Of a DNA stretch of 64,000 nt, positions 51,431-61,692 are shown piece after piece; within the stretch, counting starts at the first letter, position 1, and the number at the start of each line of letters is the position of its first letter. The position numbers were made by a program, and so were the translations under genes. Under the pieces are notes generated by a model. It saw only the letters and a list, made by a program, of their open reading frames with translations, did no database searches and was not told where the DNA came from. The stretch comes from Candidatus Hydrogenedentota bacterium (lineage in GTDB: Bacteria > Hydrogenedentota > Hydrogenedentia > Hydrogenedentales > SLHB01). The DNA is taken from NCBI GenBank assembly GCA_963668025.2, contig CAXXTH010000010.1, positions 672,001 through 736,000 of the forward strand. Reading direction: 5' to 3'.

Positions 51431-53324
51431 GTGTGCCAAGCATGGCGCGGATCTAAGGGGTGTAAGTCCCCTGCAAGCCCTGATGGTGGGAATTGCTAGC
51501 CAAGAGCAAGGGCGTCGCCGCGAGGCGGGGTCTGGAGGAAGCAGGAGGCAAAAGTCGGACTCGACGCACAGAAACCGGATAGAAGGCCGGGGTGGCGGGG
51601 CAAGCCAGCAATGGATGGCGACGCCCAATAACCATTCGGACACACACCTTGGTAAATCCGGCGAGGCCCGGCGGAAAGAGGCGCGTCTTACCTTGGGAGA
51701 CCTGTTCATCTGTCTGGAAGAGCCAGACTAGCGGGATGGCAACATGTCGCGAGGGGTGGGCAGGAGTCAGCCGAGGCCATAATACCCGCAAGGGGAAGGG
51801 CCGAATCGATCATTCAAGGAGCAGCATTGAACGTCTCGTGGGATAGGGAGCGGCAGGAAGTAGCAGGTTGCCAGATGGAGTTCCCACTGGAGTCGGCTTG
51901 CCACGGCGCAATCGGAGAAGGCGGAACCGAATCGGATGCGTTCGAGGCGCGGCAACTATTTCCGGCGGCGAACAAGAGGCGAGCCTTGACGCAAGACTTG
52001 ATGGAACGGGTCGCGAGTCTTGCGAACCTGACGGAAGCGGTACGCCGGGTGCAACGGAACAAAGGCGCGGCGGGTGCGGACGTCATGAGCGTACGCGACC
52101 TGAAGCGTTGGTTTCCGGAACACTGGCGGGGACTGCAAGAGGAACTGACGGCAGGGCGCTACCGTCCCCAACCGGTGTTGGGAGTGCAAATCCCCAAGCC
52201 GGGCGGGGGGATGCGGCAACTGGGCATTCCGACGGTGGTGGACCGAGTCGTGCAACAAGCGCTCTTGCAGGCTCTCGAACCGCTTCTAGACCCGGCCTTC
52301 TCGGAAAGCAGTTATGGATTTCGTCCAAGGCACAATGCACATCAGGCGCTGCGGCAAGCCAGCACGTACGTAAGCGAAGGCCGCTGCATTGTTGTGGACA
52401 TGGACCTGGAAAAATTCTTCGACCGGGTCAACCACGACATCCTGATGGCGCGCGTGGCGCGGCACGTGTCAGACAAACGCGTACTCCGACTCATCCGCTG
52501 GTTTCTTGAAGTGGGCATGATGCAGAACGGCGTATGCATCGAACGATACGAAGGGACCCCGCAAGGCGGTCCTCTATCGCCGCTGCTGGCCAACCTGCTC
52601 TTGGACGACCTGGACAAGGAGTTGGAGAAACGAGGGCATCGTTTTTGCCGCTATGCGGACGACTGCAACATTTACGTGCAGACGATACGCGCGGGAGAAC
52701 GTGTCCTGACATCGGTCACGCAGTTCCTTGAGGGGAAGCTGAAACTACGGGTGAACCGCGAGAAGAGCGCGGTGGCGTTCGTGGGAGAGCGGAAATTTTT
52801 GGGTTATCGCTTGCTGGGTGGGGGGCGATTGGGCATCGCGCCCAAGAGCCTCGACCGGGCGAAAGACCGCATCCGCGACATCACGCGACGCAACCGCGGC
52901 GACGCCAAAGTGCGCCAGATGATTGAGGAGCTCAACAGCTTCCTGAGCGGCTGGATAACCTACTATCGGTTTGCCGAAGCAAAGGGCCATCTGGAACGCC
53001 TCGGGGAATGGATGCGGCGCAAACTGCGCTGCGTCATCCTCAAACGCCTCAAGCGCACGAAAACCATAGCGGACTTCCTTAGAAAACTAGGCGTGCCGCA
53101 ATTTCAGGCATGGATACTCGCAGGGTCCGGGAAGGGCTGGTGGCGCAAAGCGGGGAGTCCTCCCGCGCAACACGCCATGGACAAACAATGGTTCGCGAAA
53201 CAAAAACTGATAGACCCGGTTCAACGGTACGAAACGTTCAAAAATGACCGAAACCGCCGTGGTACCGAGCAGGTATGCCCGGTGGTGTGAGAGGGGGGGA
53301 CCGTGAGGAACCCCCCTACTCGAT
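51431..53324 (+). mobile_element. Group II intron B, class IIC, copy 2 (1894 nt)
   Basis: Same ends and length as 22486-24379; all internal six-frame ORFs identical at offset 28945. Confidence 0.95.
51827..53290 (+). CDS. ltrA: Intron B reverse transcriptase/maturase, copy 2
   Basis: Translation identical to 22882-24345. Confidence 0.92.
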   Translation: MNVSWDRERQEVAGCQMEFPLESACHGAIGEGGTESDAFEARQLFPAANKRRALTQDLMERVASLANLTEAVRRVQRNKGAAGADVMSVRDLKRWFPEHWRGLQEELTAGRYRPQPVLGVQIPKPGGGMRQLGIPTVVDRVVQQALLQALEPLLDPAFSESSYGFRPRHNAHQALRQASTYVSEGRCIVVDMDLEKFFDRVNHDILMARVARHVSDKRVLRLIRWFLEVGMMQNGVCIERYEGTPQGGPLSPLLANLLLDDLDKELEKRGHRFCRYADDCNIYVQTIRAGERVLTSVTQFLEGKLKLRVNREKSAVAFVGERKFLGYRLLGGGRLGIAPKSLDRAKDRIRDITRRNRGDAKVRQMIEELNSFLSGWITYYRFAEAKGHLERLGEWMRRKLRCVILKRLKRTKTIADFLRKLGVPQFQAWILAGSGKGWWRKAGSPPAQHAMDKQWFAKQKLIDPVQRYETFKNDRNRRGTEQVCPVV

Positions 53325-53326
53325 TG

Positions 53327-54187
53327 TTATGTCCGCCCTCGTAATTCGTGCCGGTATTCATTAGGTGTTTTCCCACAAGCGCGCTTGAAGGCGCTATAGA
53401 ACCGGCTGGCGGAGCCAAAGCCGGAATGAAACGCCACATCCACCACGCGCGTATCGGTAGTGGACAGCAGCAATTGGGCATGCGAGATGCGCTGCTGCAT
53501 GACGTAATCCATGACCGTAACGCCCGTCCGGCTATGAAACAAGGTCATGGTGTAATTGGGATGCAGATCCGCCGCGTGGGCGATTTCCAGCACGGTGAGC
53601 GGCTCTTGGTAATGCTCGGCGATATAGCGCACCATGGCCGCCGTCTTTAAAAAATCGCCATGGTTCCTCACCTCGACATCTGGAACGCTTTCCAGTTCTT
53701 CTGCCTCCATAACATTCATGGCCAAGCGCCATAAACGGGCCTGGAGTTCTAGCATGATGACTTGGCGCAGGCCCGGTTTCCCGCCGCCAAGGTCTTCGGC
53801 CCATTGCTGGATATGCAGCGCGTCGGCGGCCTCCGGCGCGCCACTTTGCTCGAAGAGGATATCCCCGTGCAAAATGCGTTGAATGAAAGGCGCGGGCAAG
53901 CCCCATTGGACGAACCAGGATAAAGGCAGGTTAATGAAGGAGCATGTCGCGCCTTCCGTGGCGTCTAGCCAGCGGTGGGGCAGCGCGCCCCAGAAAACGG
54001 CAAAGCGCCTGCATGGAACTAGTATCCGCTTGCCACCCATAATGCATGTCATCGAGCCGGTATTCGTATAGGCAATCTCGACGTTATTATGGCGGTGTGA
54101 AGATCGCGGATCGAGCTCCGTGTGCTGCTCGATGCCGAAATCGTAGATATCCAGATGATCATCAGGGATCTCACGGATAGTTCGCAT
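53327..54187 (-). CDS. AraC-family regulator (MelR-like), paralog 1
   Basis: Cupin HRHNNVE, FWGALPH; HTH LHPNY, GFGSASRFY. Confidence 0.92.
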   Translation of the reverse strand: MRTIREIPDDHLDIYDFGIEQHTELDPRSSHRHNNVEIAYTNTGSMTCIMGGKRILVPCRRFAVFWGALPHRWLDATEGATCSFINLPLSWFVQWGLPAPFIQRILHGDILFEQSGAPEAADALHIQQWAEDLGGGKPGLRQVIMLELQARLWRLAMNVMEAEELESVPDVEVRNHGDFLKTAAMVRYIAEHYQEPLTVLEIAHAADLHPNYTMTLFHSRTGVTVMDYVMQQRISHAQLLLSTTDTRVVDVAFHSGFGSASRFYSAFKRACGKTPNEYRHELRGRT

Positions 54188-54300
54188 GCCGATATTTAAG
54201 CTGGAAAACCAGGTTCAGATCAAGGTTTTTGGTGGCAAGGCATTTGCCGCAAGATATGCAAAAACGCAAGAAACATATTTGCTGTATGTGATAGCCCCGT

Positions 54301-56223
54301 TTATCGCGGCGTGGACGCCTCGCCCATGCCGCGTTCTTCTATCTTCACCAGCACATATGCCCCGAAAGAGCATAACACCGGAAAATGGTTTTGGGTGTTG
54401 CGGTAAAGCACGGCGTGGGTCGCGCCGTAGGTATCGGCAAGGCGGCGAAGACGCGCTTCCGGCATGCGCGCATAGGTTTGAGTTTCGTCCACGATGTGGT
54501 CCGGGCGCTCCTCCGGCTCGCCGTAGCAGTCCAGAACGCGGCGGTACCATTCTTCGAGCAGGTCTTCACGGAACGGGAGGGCGTAGGGGTCCGCGATGAC
54601 GGCGCGATTTGCGGCCACGCGCAGCCGGAACAATTCCGCCGGGATAACGAGCAGGGCGTCTTCGGGCGTGTTTTCCCGGACCAGTTCGCCCAGTTGGACC
54701 ACCTCGTCCCGGTCTTCCTCCATGGTGAGGATGGGCTGGTACCGTTCCAATAAGGGCGACAGATACGGAATGTCGTACAACCGGGCGCACGCCAGCAGGG
54801 CAACGCCCAGGAGGAACGCCGCGAACGGAGCCATCCACCGCGCCCGGACATCCGGCATGCGCGCGAACCAGGCGGCCAGCATCAGGTAGGCCGTGAGCGC
54901 GCCCAGTTCTTCCTTGTGCGCGCCGTACAGCGCCACGGCGGCCATGACGGCGAATGCGCCCCACCACAGCCGCGCCCAGCGCCGCTGGGCATCGGCTTCC
55001 ATACGGTCATGGACGGCGAAGGCGATACAACCCGCCATCATCTCGATGGGCTGCCATGCGCCCGTGCCTATGAGCAGCATCCCCGCCACGGCGGGGCCGC
55101 CTTCCCGCCAGGGACGTTCGAGCGCCCGCGCGGCGGCTCCCGCCAGCAAAAGCATGCTGAACCACTTGATGATATACAGCAGCCGGTACACGGTGCCTAA
55201 AATGAAGAGGCGCGTGGGGATGAGTTCCACAAAGACATACCCCCCTGCGCACAAGATGAAAATGAGCGCGGCGAGTATGAGCATGCGCCAGGCATATGGG
55301 CGCTGGCTGGGCATATCCGCATGCCAGCGGAGCCACAGCAAGGCGGAGCCAAGCATGGCGCACACGAAGAGCAGCCAGGGCCCGAGTCCGAAATGGCTTG
55401 GCAGCAGGTGATGGGGCATCCGGAATTGGGCATAGATCTCGAACAGGCGTTCGGTGCTGAGGAACGGCTTGCCGGATAAGCCCCACATGAATACGCCCGC
55501 CGCGATGAGGATGCCTCCGGCCAGCGCAGCACGCAGCACGGGGCCGTGCGTATCCCAGCGCCAGTGGAAGGGATGGCGGCGGATGCCCGCGAGCGCGTGG
55601 ATGCCCGGTGCAGCGATGCCCAGAAGCCCCGCTTGCAGGCTCATGGGATGGATGAACGACGCGGCGAGGGCGATGGCGCAACAGGTGAGCGGGCGGCCCA
55701 TCAAGCCCATGCCGATAGCGAGGAGTGTCCAGGGAATGGCCACGGCGGAGGTATAGAGATAGCGGATTTGGAGCAAGGAGTATAGTCCCAGGCTGAATCC
55801 GCCCACGGGCAGCATCAGCGCACACGCGAGCATGGAGGCCACACGGTTCTGTCCAAAAAGGTGGTATGCCATTCCGTAGGTGGCCAAGGCCATCGCCCAC
55901 AGCGTGCCCCATGTCAGCAGGAAGATAATCATCGGAAGCGGCATCACATAGGTGAGGAAAGCAAGCGTGCGGACATAGTAATATCTGGCCCCGAAACCGG
56001 AAATGGCGTTGGTGAAGAAATCGCGGGAGAGATACGCGGGGTCCAGAATGCGGTTCACCGCGCACAGAATATCGACCTGGCCATCCGTGCCATACCGGTA
56101 GCGAAACACCAGCAACTGGATCGCCGCCACCATGGCCGTGAACAGAAGCGCCTCGCCCCAGTGAGCGTCATGGTGCGCCAAGGCGGAGCGGTTCTTTTTC
56201 GGCTGCGCGTCCACCACTATCAT
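54301..56223 (-). CDS. Polytopic membrane protein, DUF6798/GT-C-like
   Basis: DPAYLSRDFF, R.PHHL.P, TPEDA, FR..ANRA, EWYRR; many TM helices; ATGA overlap with the upstream gene. Confidence 0.6.
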   Translation of the reverse strand: MIVVDAQPKKNRSALAHHDAHWGEALLFTAMVAAIQLLVFRYRYGTDGQVDILCAVNRILDPAYLSRDFFTNAISGFGARYYYVRTLAFLTYVMPLPMIIFLLTWGTLWAMALATYGMAYHLFGQNRVASMLACALMLPVGGFSLGLYSLLQIRYLYTSAVAIPWTLLAIGMGLMGRPLTCCAIALAASFIHPMSLQAGLLGIAAPGIHALAGIRRHPFHWRWDTHGPVLRAALAGGILIAAGVFMWGLSGKPFLSTERLFEIYAQFRMPHHLLPSHFGLGPWLLFVCAMLGSALLWLRWHADMPSQRPYAWRMLILAALIFILCAGGYVFVELIPTRLFILGTVYRLLYIIKWFSMLLLAGAAARALERPWREGGPAVAGMLLIGTGAWQPIEMMAGCIAFAVHDRMEADAQRRWARLWWGAFAVMAAVALYGAHKEELGALTAYLMLAAWFARMPDVRARWMAPFAAFLLGVALLACARLYDIPYLSPLLERYQPILTMEEDRDEVVQLGELVRENTPEDALLVIPAELFRLRVAANRAVIADPYALPFREDLLEEWYRRVLDCYGEPEERPDHIVDETQTYARMPEARLRRLADTYGATHAVLYRNTQNHFPVLCSFGAYVLVKIEERGMGEASTPR

Positions 56224-56726
56224 TTGCTCCCTGGTGTTTCGCCGGATTCTCCATCCGCCGCCTTCTTCGATACCGTGCCATCCGCGTTTAGCACTTCCAG
56301 CTCGACCAGATCCCAACGATCTTTAGTGACGTAGTTTAATACAACTCGATAAGTACGTTTTTCTTGCTGGCCATCCGGCATGACGACATCAATGAAGCCC
56401 ACAAAGAGAAAAAGATCGCCTTTCACTTCGTGGACGTTGCCCCGCCAATAAATAGTATCGACGCCCGCCGGTTCGAGATGCTGCTGCACATAACGGCGGG
56501 CGGCGTCATAAGCCAGCAGGCGCGCTTCCTCGCTCTTCCGCCAGTCTTTCTCCTCTTTGGGCGTGGCGGAAGCGGGAGCGGGCGCGCTTGGGGGCGGCTC
56601 CAGCTTTGTGCAATGAGATAATTGCATCGCTGTAAAAAGCGCCCCAACGGCCAATAGCACCGCCAGCACCACCGCCGCGCGCTTCAATTGGTCTATCCGG
56701 TATTCCGGGCCGGGCGGAACAGGCAT
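56220..56726 (-). CDS. Hypothetical single-TM protein
   Basis: One TM helix, Pro/Ala linker, globular C-terminus; fills the gap within the operon. Confidence 0.6.
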   Translation of the reverse strand: MPVPPGPEYRIDQLKRAAVVLAVLLAVGALFTAMQLSHCTKLEPPPSAPAPASATPKEEKDWRKSEEARLLAYDAARRYVQQHLEPAGVDTIYWRGNVHEVKGDLFLFVGFIDVVMPDGQQEKRTYRVVLNYVTKDRWDLVELEVLNADGTVSKKAADGESGETPGSK

Positions 56727-56731
56727 GCGCA

Positions 56732-58312
56732 CTACGAAACTCCCTTCCAGGCGTGCCGCCACGCTTTCAACGTCCATAAGCGCATCGGGCACAGCAGCAA
56801 CGCCGCCACTCCTAAAGCAATCAACGCCGTCAATCCCAATAGCATATAACGCCCAGCAATTTCATCCAACTGAAAAGGCATCGCCGCCAGCCCATACCGG
56901 CATCCTGCCACGACGCACCAGACTATTCCCACGCCCAGCAACGCCCGGCCGCCTATTCCCAGCGCATGCCCGCCCAGGCGCATGGGGGCGTGGGCGTGGA
57001 GCATGCGCAGAACCGCCACGCATGCAAGCGTTGCCCCCACGCCAAACGATAGCGCGAAAGCCATCGAAACGCCAAGCTGGCGGTATCGGGGCACGAGAAG
57101 CAGGCATAAGCCAAAATTCGCCAGCACGCGCACGGCGACGATGCTAAAGAACACCCAATGCCGCTTGAGTGCGAATAGGCAGCGCGAGGCGAGGGCTTCG
57201 ATAGACCAGGGTATAATGGCCAAGCCATGGCCCAACAGGCATAAGGCAGTGGCTTGGGTCGCGCTGGATTCAAAGAACCGCCGTTCAAGCAGCGCTTGCA
57301 CCACATCATAACGGGAAAGCACCACCCACGCGCTTATCGGAGCTAAGAAAAGCAGCAAGACGCGCAACATGCCCAGAAACGCGCCTTTCAGTTCATCCAA
57401 ATGGTGTTCTGATGAGAGAGCCGAAGCGAACGGCAGCACGCTGCTGAACAGTATCAATTCGATGACCGCCACGGGGGCTTGGGCGATGTTGTAACTATAA
57501 TTCAGCCAGCTTATGGCCCCGCTGCCCACATAAGAGGCCATGCGCATCATCACGAAAAGATTGATCTGCTGCAAGCAATTAAGCGCCACCAACGGGGCCA
57601 CCAGCGCCGCCGCTTGGCGGGCGTGGGGATTGTTCCAACTGGGCGCGGACAAGGGCATGGTCCGGCGCAACGGAAAAGCCTGAATAGCGCATAACGCCAC
57701 GAACGCCGCGGGCAGCGCCGCCGTGATGGGCCATACGCCCCATTCGCGCGGGGCGAATAGCAGCGCCAGCGCCAGCATCACGTACATCACCAGCCCATCA
57801 AGCGCCGCCAGCACATAACGACCTTCCGATGCATTCATGGCCTTGAGGAATGACACGGGAACCGACAGCACGACCGCCATGCCCGCGAGCTGGGCCAGGC
57901 GCGACGCCAAGGCATGGGCCGATGCGTCCGCGCCGGGGGCGAGGATCGAGATGATCAGCCCAGAGCGCAAGATCAACACCGCGCCTACTACTGCTCCCGC
58001 GCCGATGGACGCTAGGAACACCGCTGACAAGAAGCCGCGAAATGCCGGGCTGGCGGATTGGCGGCGGCGGTATAACGGCACAAGGGCGTTATACAAAATG
58101 CTGTCGGCGATAAGATACGCCCCAATGGCCGCACTTTTCGACAGCAGATAGGCGTCCGTATCGCCCGAGGCCCCGAAGTTGCGCGCCAGCAAGACCGCCG
58201 ATACCACCTGGAGCCCTTTGGTGGCGACGCCGATACCAGCGATCAGCAACATAGGGCGCAGTAGAACGGCATACCATGGCCGCGATTCCGTATGCGGGAC
58301 GCTAGAACTCAT
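56732..58312 (-). CDS. MurJ/MviN-like (MOP superfamily) flippase
   Basis: FGASGDTDAY, LAPG, GAISWLNYS, LLERRFF; about 14 TM helices. Confidence 0.8.
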   Translation of the reverse strand: MSSSVPHTESRPWYAVLLRPMLLIAGIGVATKGLQVVSAVLLARNFGASGDTDAYLLSKSAAIGAYLIADSILYNALVPLYRRRQSASPAFRGFLSAVFLASIGAGAVVGAVLILRSGLIISILAPGADASAHALASRLAQLAGMAVVLSVPVSFLKAMNASEGRYVLAALDGLVMYVMLALALLFAPREWGVWPITAALPAAFVALCAIQAFPLRRTMPLSAPSWNNPHARQAAALVAPLVALNCLQQINLFVMMRMASYVGSGAISWLNYSYNIAQAPVAVIELILFSSVLPFASALSSEHHLDELKGAFLGMLRVLLLFLAPISAWVVLSRYDVVQALLERRFFESSATQATALCLLGHGLAIIPWSIEALASRCLFALKRHWVFFSIVAVRVLANFGLCLLLVPRYRQLGVSMAFALSFGVGATLACVAVLRMLHAHAPMRLGGHALGIGGRALLGVGIVWCVVAGCRYGLAAMPFQLDEIAGRYMLLGLTALIALGVAALLLCPMRLWTLKAWRHAWKGVS

Positions 58313-58325
58313 ATGTTTCCTTTAG

Positions 58326-58620
58326 AACCGCGAAATACATGAAACACCCTAAAATTCCGTAGGGTGGGGCTTGCCCCACCATTCAAGGTGGTGCGCCCCT
58401 ACAACGGCACATGAAAGAACGCATACCGAAACTATTAGTATGATTTGAGTTATATGCCAAATCTTCGCAAGAAATCAGCGTTTTGCTTGAATCTTACTCA
58501 TCACATGGGCGAGACGCCCATGCTACGGGAGTAAAAACACAGGGAAAAATTTATTGGCGTTCATTCGCGTCCATTCGCGGTTTAAAAGCTGACCGTTTGG
58601 TTTCGGCCATGCCGCGTTAG
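58326..58620. repeat. Intergenic cluster of REP-like elements
   Basis: GTAGGGTGGGGCTTGCCCCACC (58359-58380) with degenerate inverted partner ending CCCCTAC; CATGGGCGAGACGCCCATGCTAC (58504-58526); outer inverted AACCGCGAA/TTCGCGGTT. Confidence 0.7.
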
Positions 58621-60008
58621 GTATTTCGTGGTCGGAAATTTTCATTTTCTTCTTCCAATCCGAGGGCATAGCCCGAAAGCCAATACAGCGGCCCTGCGAT
58701 TACCGTGATAATGCAACACGAAGCCGCCATGCCTTGCACGGCCATGCCGCCCAGCCCCGCCAGCGCGCCCGCGCATAATACCCCTCGCAGGCTGTCCCAT
58801 GCCGCGCCATGGCGGAGGGCGCGCCCGAGGCAAGCCCACCATGCCGCGAAAGCGGCAAGGCCCATGGCTCCGCATTCCGCCAGCAAGAACACATACTGAT
58901 TATCATAATACGAACGGTGCCGCGCGCCAAGGCCCAGCCCGAGCAGGGGAAATTGCCCGAGCGTGGACAGTCCGGCCTTCCAAGCCAGTAGGCGATCAAA
59001 CAGGCTGCCTCCGGGCATGCTGGCGCGATGCCAAGGTTCGCCAGATACGTGGATGGCGGCCGCCAAAGCCGCAAGCGCCGCCAGCAGCCAAAGACGCGGC
59101 CAGCGTATCAGCGCCAGGCAGGCCAGCGCCGCGCCCAGCGCAACCACTCCCTCGCGGCTGTGTGTGCCCGCCAGGCCTAGGATGGACAATACCACCGTGG
59201 CGATTCCCAGCGCGCGCCAGCGCGGCAGGGCCGCCAGCGCCAATCCCATGGCTGATGCCAGCACGAATACGCCCGCGAAGTGGTTCGCCTGCCCGTCGAA
59301 CCAGCCCCGCTCAAACGTGCGATAGGCAAAGGTCTCCGCATGCATATAGGGATTATGCTGTTCGGCCAGCCCATATGCGCCCGCCGCGATGATCGGCAAA
59401 ACAAACGCATATACGCCCCATCGGCCCAGCCGGGGTGCAAAGGCATACGCGGCGGCGAATAGAATCGCCAAATGAAGCAGTTGCCCCAGATACAGCCCCG
59501 CAAGCCCTACGGAGGGCAAGGTGTCTTGCAACAGGCCCGCTGTCACACTCGCGGCGCATGCACATAAAAACAACGCCTGCCAGGCCAGCAGCGGCGTATC
59601 GCGCGGGAGCAGGCGCTTCGTGAGGGCCGCGTGGAGCAGCAGCCCCAACACCAGGCATTGGTCCAGCCGCACGAAGACGTTTTCCCCGCTCCAACCGAAT
59701 ACTTCGATGCGTGGCGACCAGAGCAACGCCGCAGGCAGCAGCGCTACGCCGAGGATGGGATACGCCGCAGCCAATAACACCGCCGCCGCACAGGCGGGAT
59801 AGAGCGGCAAGGCCAGCATGAGCAGGACCACGCCGGTTAAGCCCAAAGCTTGAAGAACGCCTGTATGAGCATGGAGTGTTTTCAAACACCATGCGTTTGG
59901 CGCGGCTTGTATGGAGGATGGCGGCCACAGCCACCAGCCCGCCAGCACGGAACCTTGTATGAGGCGTCCGGCTAAGCCAGCCGCACGGCTGCCCTCGAAA
60001 ACGTTCAT
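58617..60008 (-). CDS. O-antigen ligase / Wzy-family membrane protein
   Basis: ANHFAG, THSREG, R...W, PLLGLGLG, DNQY; start set at MNVFEG (ATGA overlap). Confidence 0.78.
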   Translation of the reverse strand: MNVFEGSRAAGLAGRLIQGSVLAGWWLWPPSSIQAAPNAWCLKTLHAHTGVLQALGLTGVVLLMLALPLYPACAAAVLLAAAYPILGVALLPAALLWSPRIEVFGWSGENVFVRLDQCLVLGLLLHAALTKRLLPRDTPLLAWQALFLCACAASVTAGLLQDTLPSVGLAGLYLGQLLHLAILFAAAYAFAPRLGRWGVYAFVLPIIAAGAYGLAEQHNPYMHAETFAYRTFERGWFDGQANHFAGVFVLASAMGLALAALPRWRALGIATVVLSILGLAGTHSREGVVALGAALACLALIRWPRLWLLAALAALAAAIHVSGEPWHRASMPGGSLFDRLLAWKAGLSTLGQFPLLGLGLGARHRSYYDNQYVFLLAECGAMGLAAFAAWWACLGRALRHGAAWDSLRGVLCAGALAGLGGMAVQGMAASCCIITVIAGPLYWLSGYALGLEEENENFRPRNT

Positions 60009-60466
60009 GGCGCATCCGCCGCCGGCCCGGATACGCGGGTGACCCACCCTTGGAAAGCGAAGGCATCGGTCTCCACCACGATCACCAAGCCGGGCACGAG
60101 CAGCCGGTCCTGATAGACTAGCCTCCCCTGTCCATCCACCAAGGCCGACACGCGCACGGATAGGATGAGATGATCCGGCGCGGGCCGCACGCCGAGTATT
60201 TCCAGAATAGCCTCGCCCGAACGGGCGTCCACCTGGTGAATTCCAGGCCGGATAATATCCGCCATCCACAAGCGGTCCTCCGGCAGGCGCATCTCGACAT
60301 TCACCCAATGGCGCGACGCATTCGTGCGGTACGGCTGGGCGATGCGATACGGCTTGGTGAGCCGCACATACGCCGTGGCCGCCACGGCGCACAGCAGCAG
60401 CGCCACGAGCAGATCAATCACATTGATCCATCCGGCAATTCTGCTTTTTTCATCCAGCATGCGCAT
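60005..60466 (-). CDS. DUF4330-like membrane-anchored protein
   Basis: N-terminus MLDEKSRIAGWINVIDLL followed by a TM helix, typical of this family. Confidence 0.65.
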   Translation of the reverse strand: MRMLDEKSRIAGWINVIDLLVALLLCAVAATAYVRLTKPYRIAQPYRTNASRHWVNVEMRLPEDRLWMADIIRPGIHQVDARSGEAILEILGVRPAPDHLILSVRVSALVDGQGRLVYQDRLLVPGLVIVVETDAFAFQGWVTRVSGPAADAP

Positions 60467-60643
60467 GACCCAGCATGAACCCCTACAATCGGCATGGGAA
60501 AAGTGTACGAGCCGCAAATGAAGCCGTACCCAATCCTAAAGAATAATTCCGTTGTTTTTAGGATAGTATGTCCAGCGCCGACAAACAAGCGCGCCCGAAC
60601 ATCAAGGGATTTGGTATGGCCTATTTGAAACAAGATAAAGAAC

Positions 60644-60713
60644 GTAGCATGGGCGTCTCGCCCATGACGCACGCGGTAGAGCCTACGCTTCATGGGCGAG
60701 ACGCCCATGCTAC
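60644..60713. repeat. Inverted pair of 23-bp GTAG-type REPs (REPIN-like doublet)
   Basis: GTAGCATGGGCGTCTCGCCCATG - 24 nt - CATGGGCGAGACGCCCATGCTAC; third exact copy at 58504. Confidence 0.85.
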
Positions 60714-60754
60714 GGGAAGGGAAGATATAACTATTCCATAGCCGCTCGCTTGGT

Positions 60755-61615
60755 TTACGCGCGGCCCCGGAGTTCGCGGCGGTATTCATTGGGTGTTTTG
60801 CCGCAGGTGCGCTTGAAGGCGCTATAGAAGCGGCTGGCGGAGCCAAACCCGGCATGGAACGCGACATCGACCACGCGTGTGTCGGTAGTGGCCAGCAATA
60901 ATTGGGCGTGCGAGATGCGCTGGTAGGAGACGTAATCCATGACGGTGAGGCCGGTGCGGCTGTGGAACAAGGTCATGGCGTAATTGGGGTGCAGGCCCGC
61001 CGAGTGGGCGATATCCTGGACGGTGAGCGGCTCTTGGTAATGTTCGGCGATGTAGCGGACCATGGCCGCGGCTTTGGGGAAATCGCCCTGTTCGCGCGCT
61101 TCCCGCAGCGTCTCGCTGGCTTGTTTTTTTTCGCGGGCGATAGTCAAGGCCAAGCGCCACAGCCGCGCCTGGAGCTCGAGCATGATGACCTGGCGCAGGC
61201 TTGCATCATCGCTGTTCAGGTCATCGGTCCACTGTTTGGTGAGCAGATTATCGGCGTCTTCCCGTCCCGTGGTGTGTTCGAAAAGGACATCGCCCCGCAG
61301 AATCCGCTGGATAAAGGATGCGGGCAATCCCCAGTGGATAAACCAGGAAAGAGGCAAATCGATGAAAGTGCGGGTCGAACCTTCCTCGACATCCACCCAG
61401 CGGTGGGGCCGTGCGCCCCAGAATACGGCGAGACGCCTGCTCGGGACAGGTATGCGCTCTCCGCCGACAATGCACGTCATCGAGCCGCGATCGGTGTATG
61501 CGATCTCGACGTTGTTATGGCGATGCGAGGATGGCGGTTCGATCTCCGTGCATTGCCGAATGCTGAAATCGTATATATCCAGCCGATCATCAGGCACTTC
61601 GAAAGTCGTTCGCAT
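60755..61615 (-). CDS. AraC-family regulator (MelR-like), paralog 2
   Basis: Same length (286 aa) and colinear with 53327-54187. Confidence 0.92.
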   Translation of the reverse strand: MRTTFEVPDDRLDIYDFSIRQCTEIEPPSSHRHNNVEIAYTDRGSMTCIVGGERIPVPSRRLAVFWGARPHRWVDVEEGSTRTFIDLPLSWFIHWGLPASFIQRILRGDVLFEHTTGREDADNLLTKQWTDDLNSDDASLRQVIMLELQARLWRLALTIAREKKQASETLREAREQGDFPKAAAMVRYIAEHYQEPLTVQDIAHSAGLHPNYAMTLFHSRTGLTVMDYVSYQRISHAQLLLATTDTRVVDVAFHAGFGSASRFYSAFKRTCGKTPNEYRRELRGRA

Positions 61616-61692
61616 ACTTCTATTTATACCAAAATTATCATTATTTTCTCAAGTCCGTTAATAAAGAATCGACTTCAAGGGCCTGTATATGC

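Noticed and set aside
51278-51846. Short ORFs over intron B domain I (also 22477-22901)
   Set aside because: Shadow frames of structured intron RNA
58359-60713. CRISPR array
   Set aside because: Repeats are inverted or dispersed REP-like palindromes without regular spacers; no cas genes
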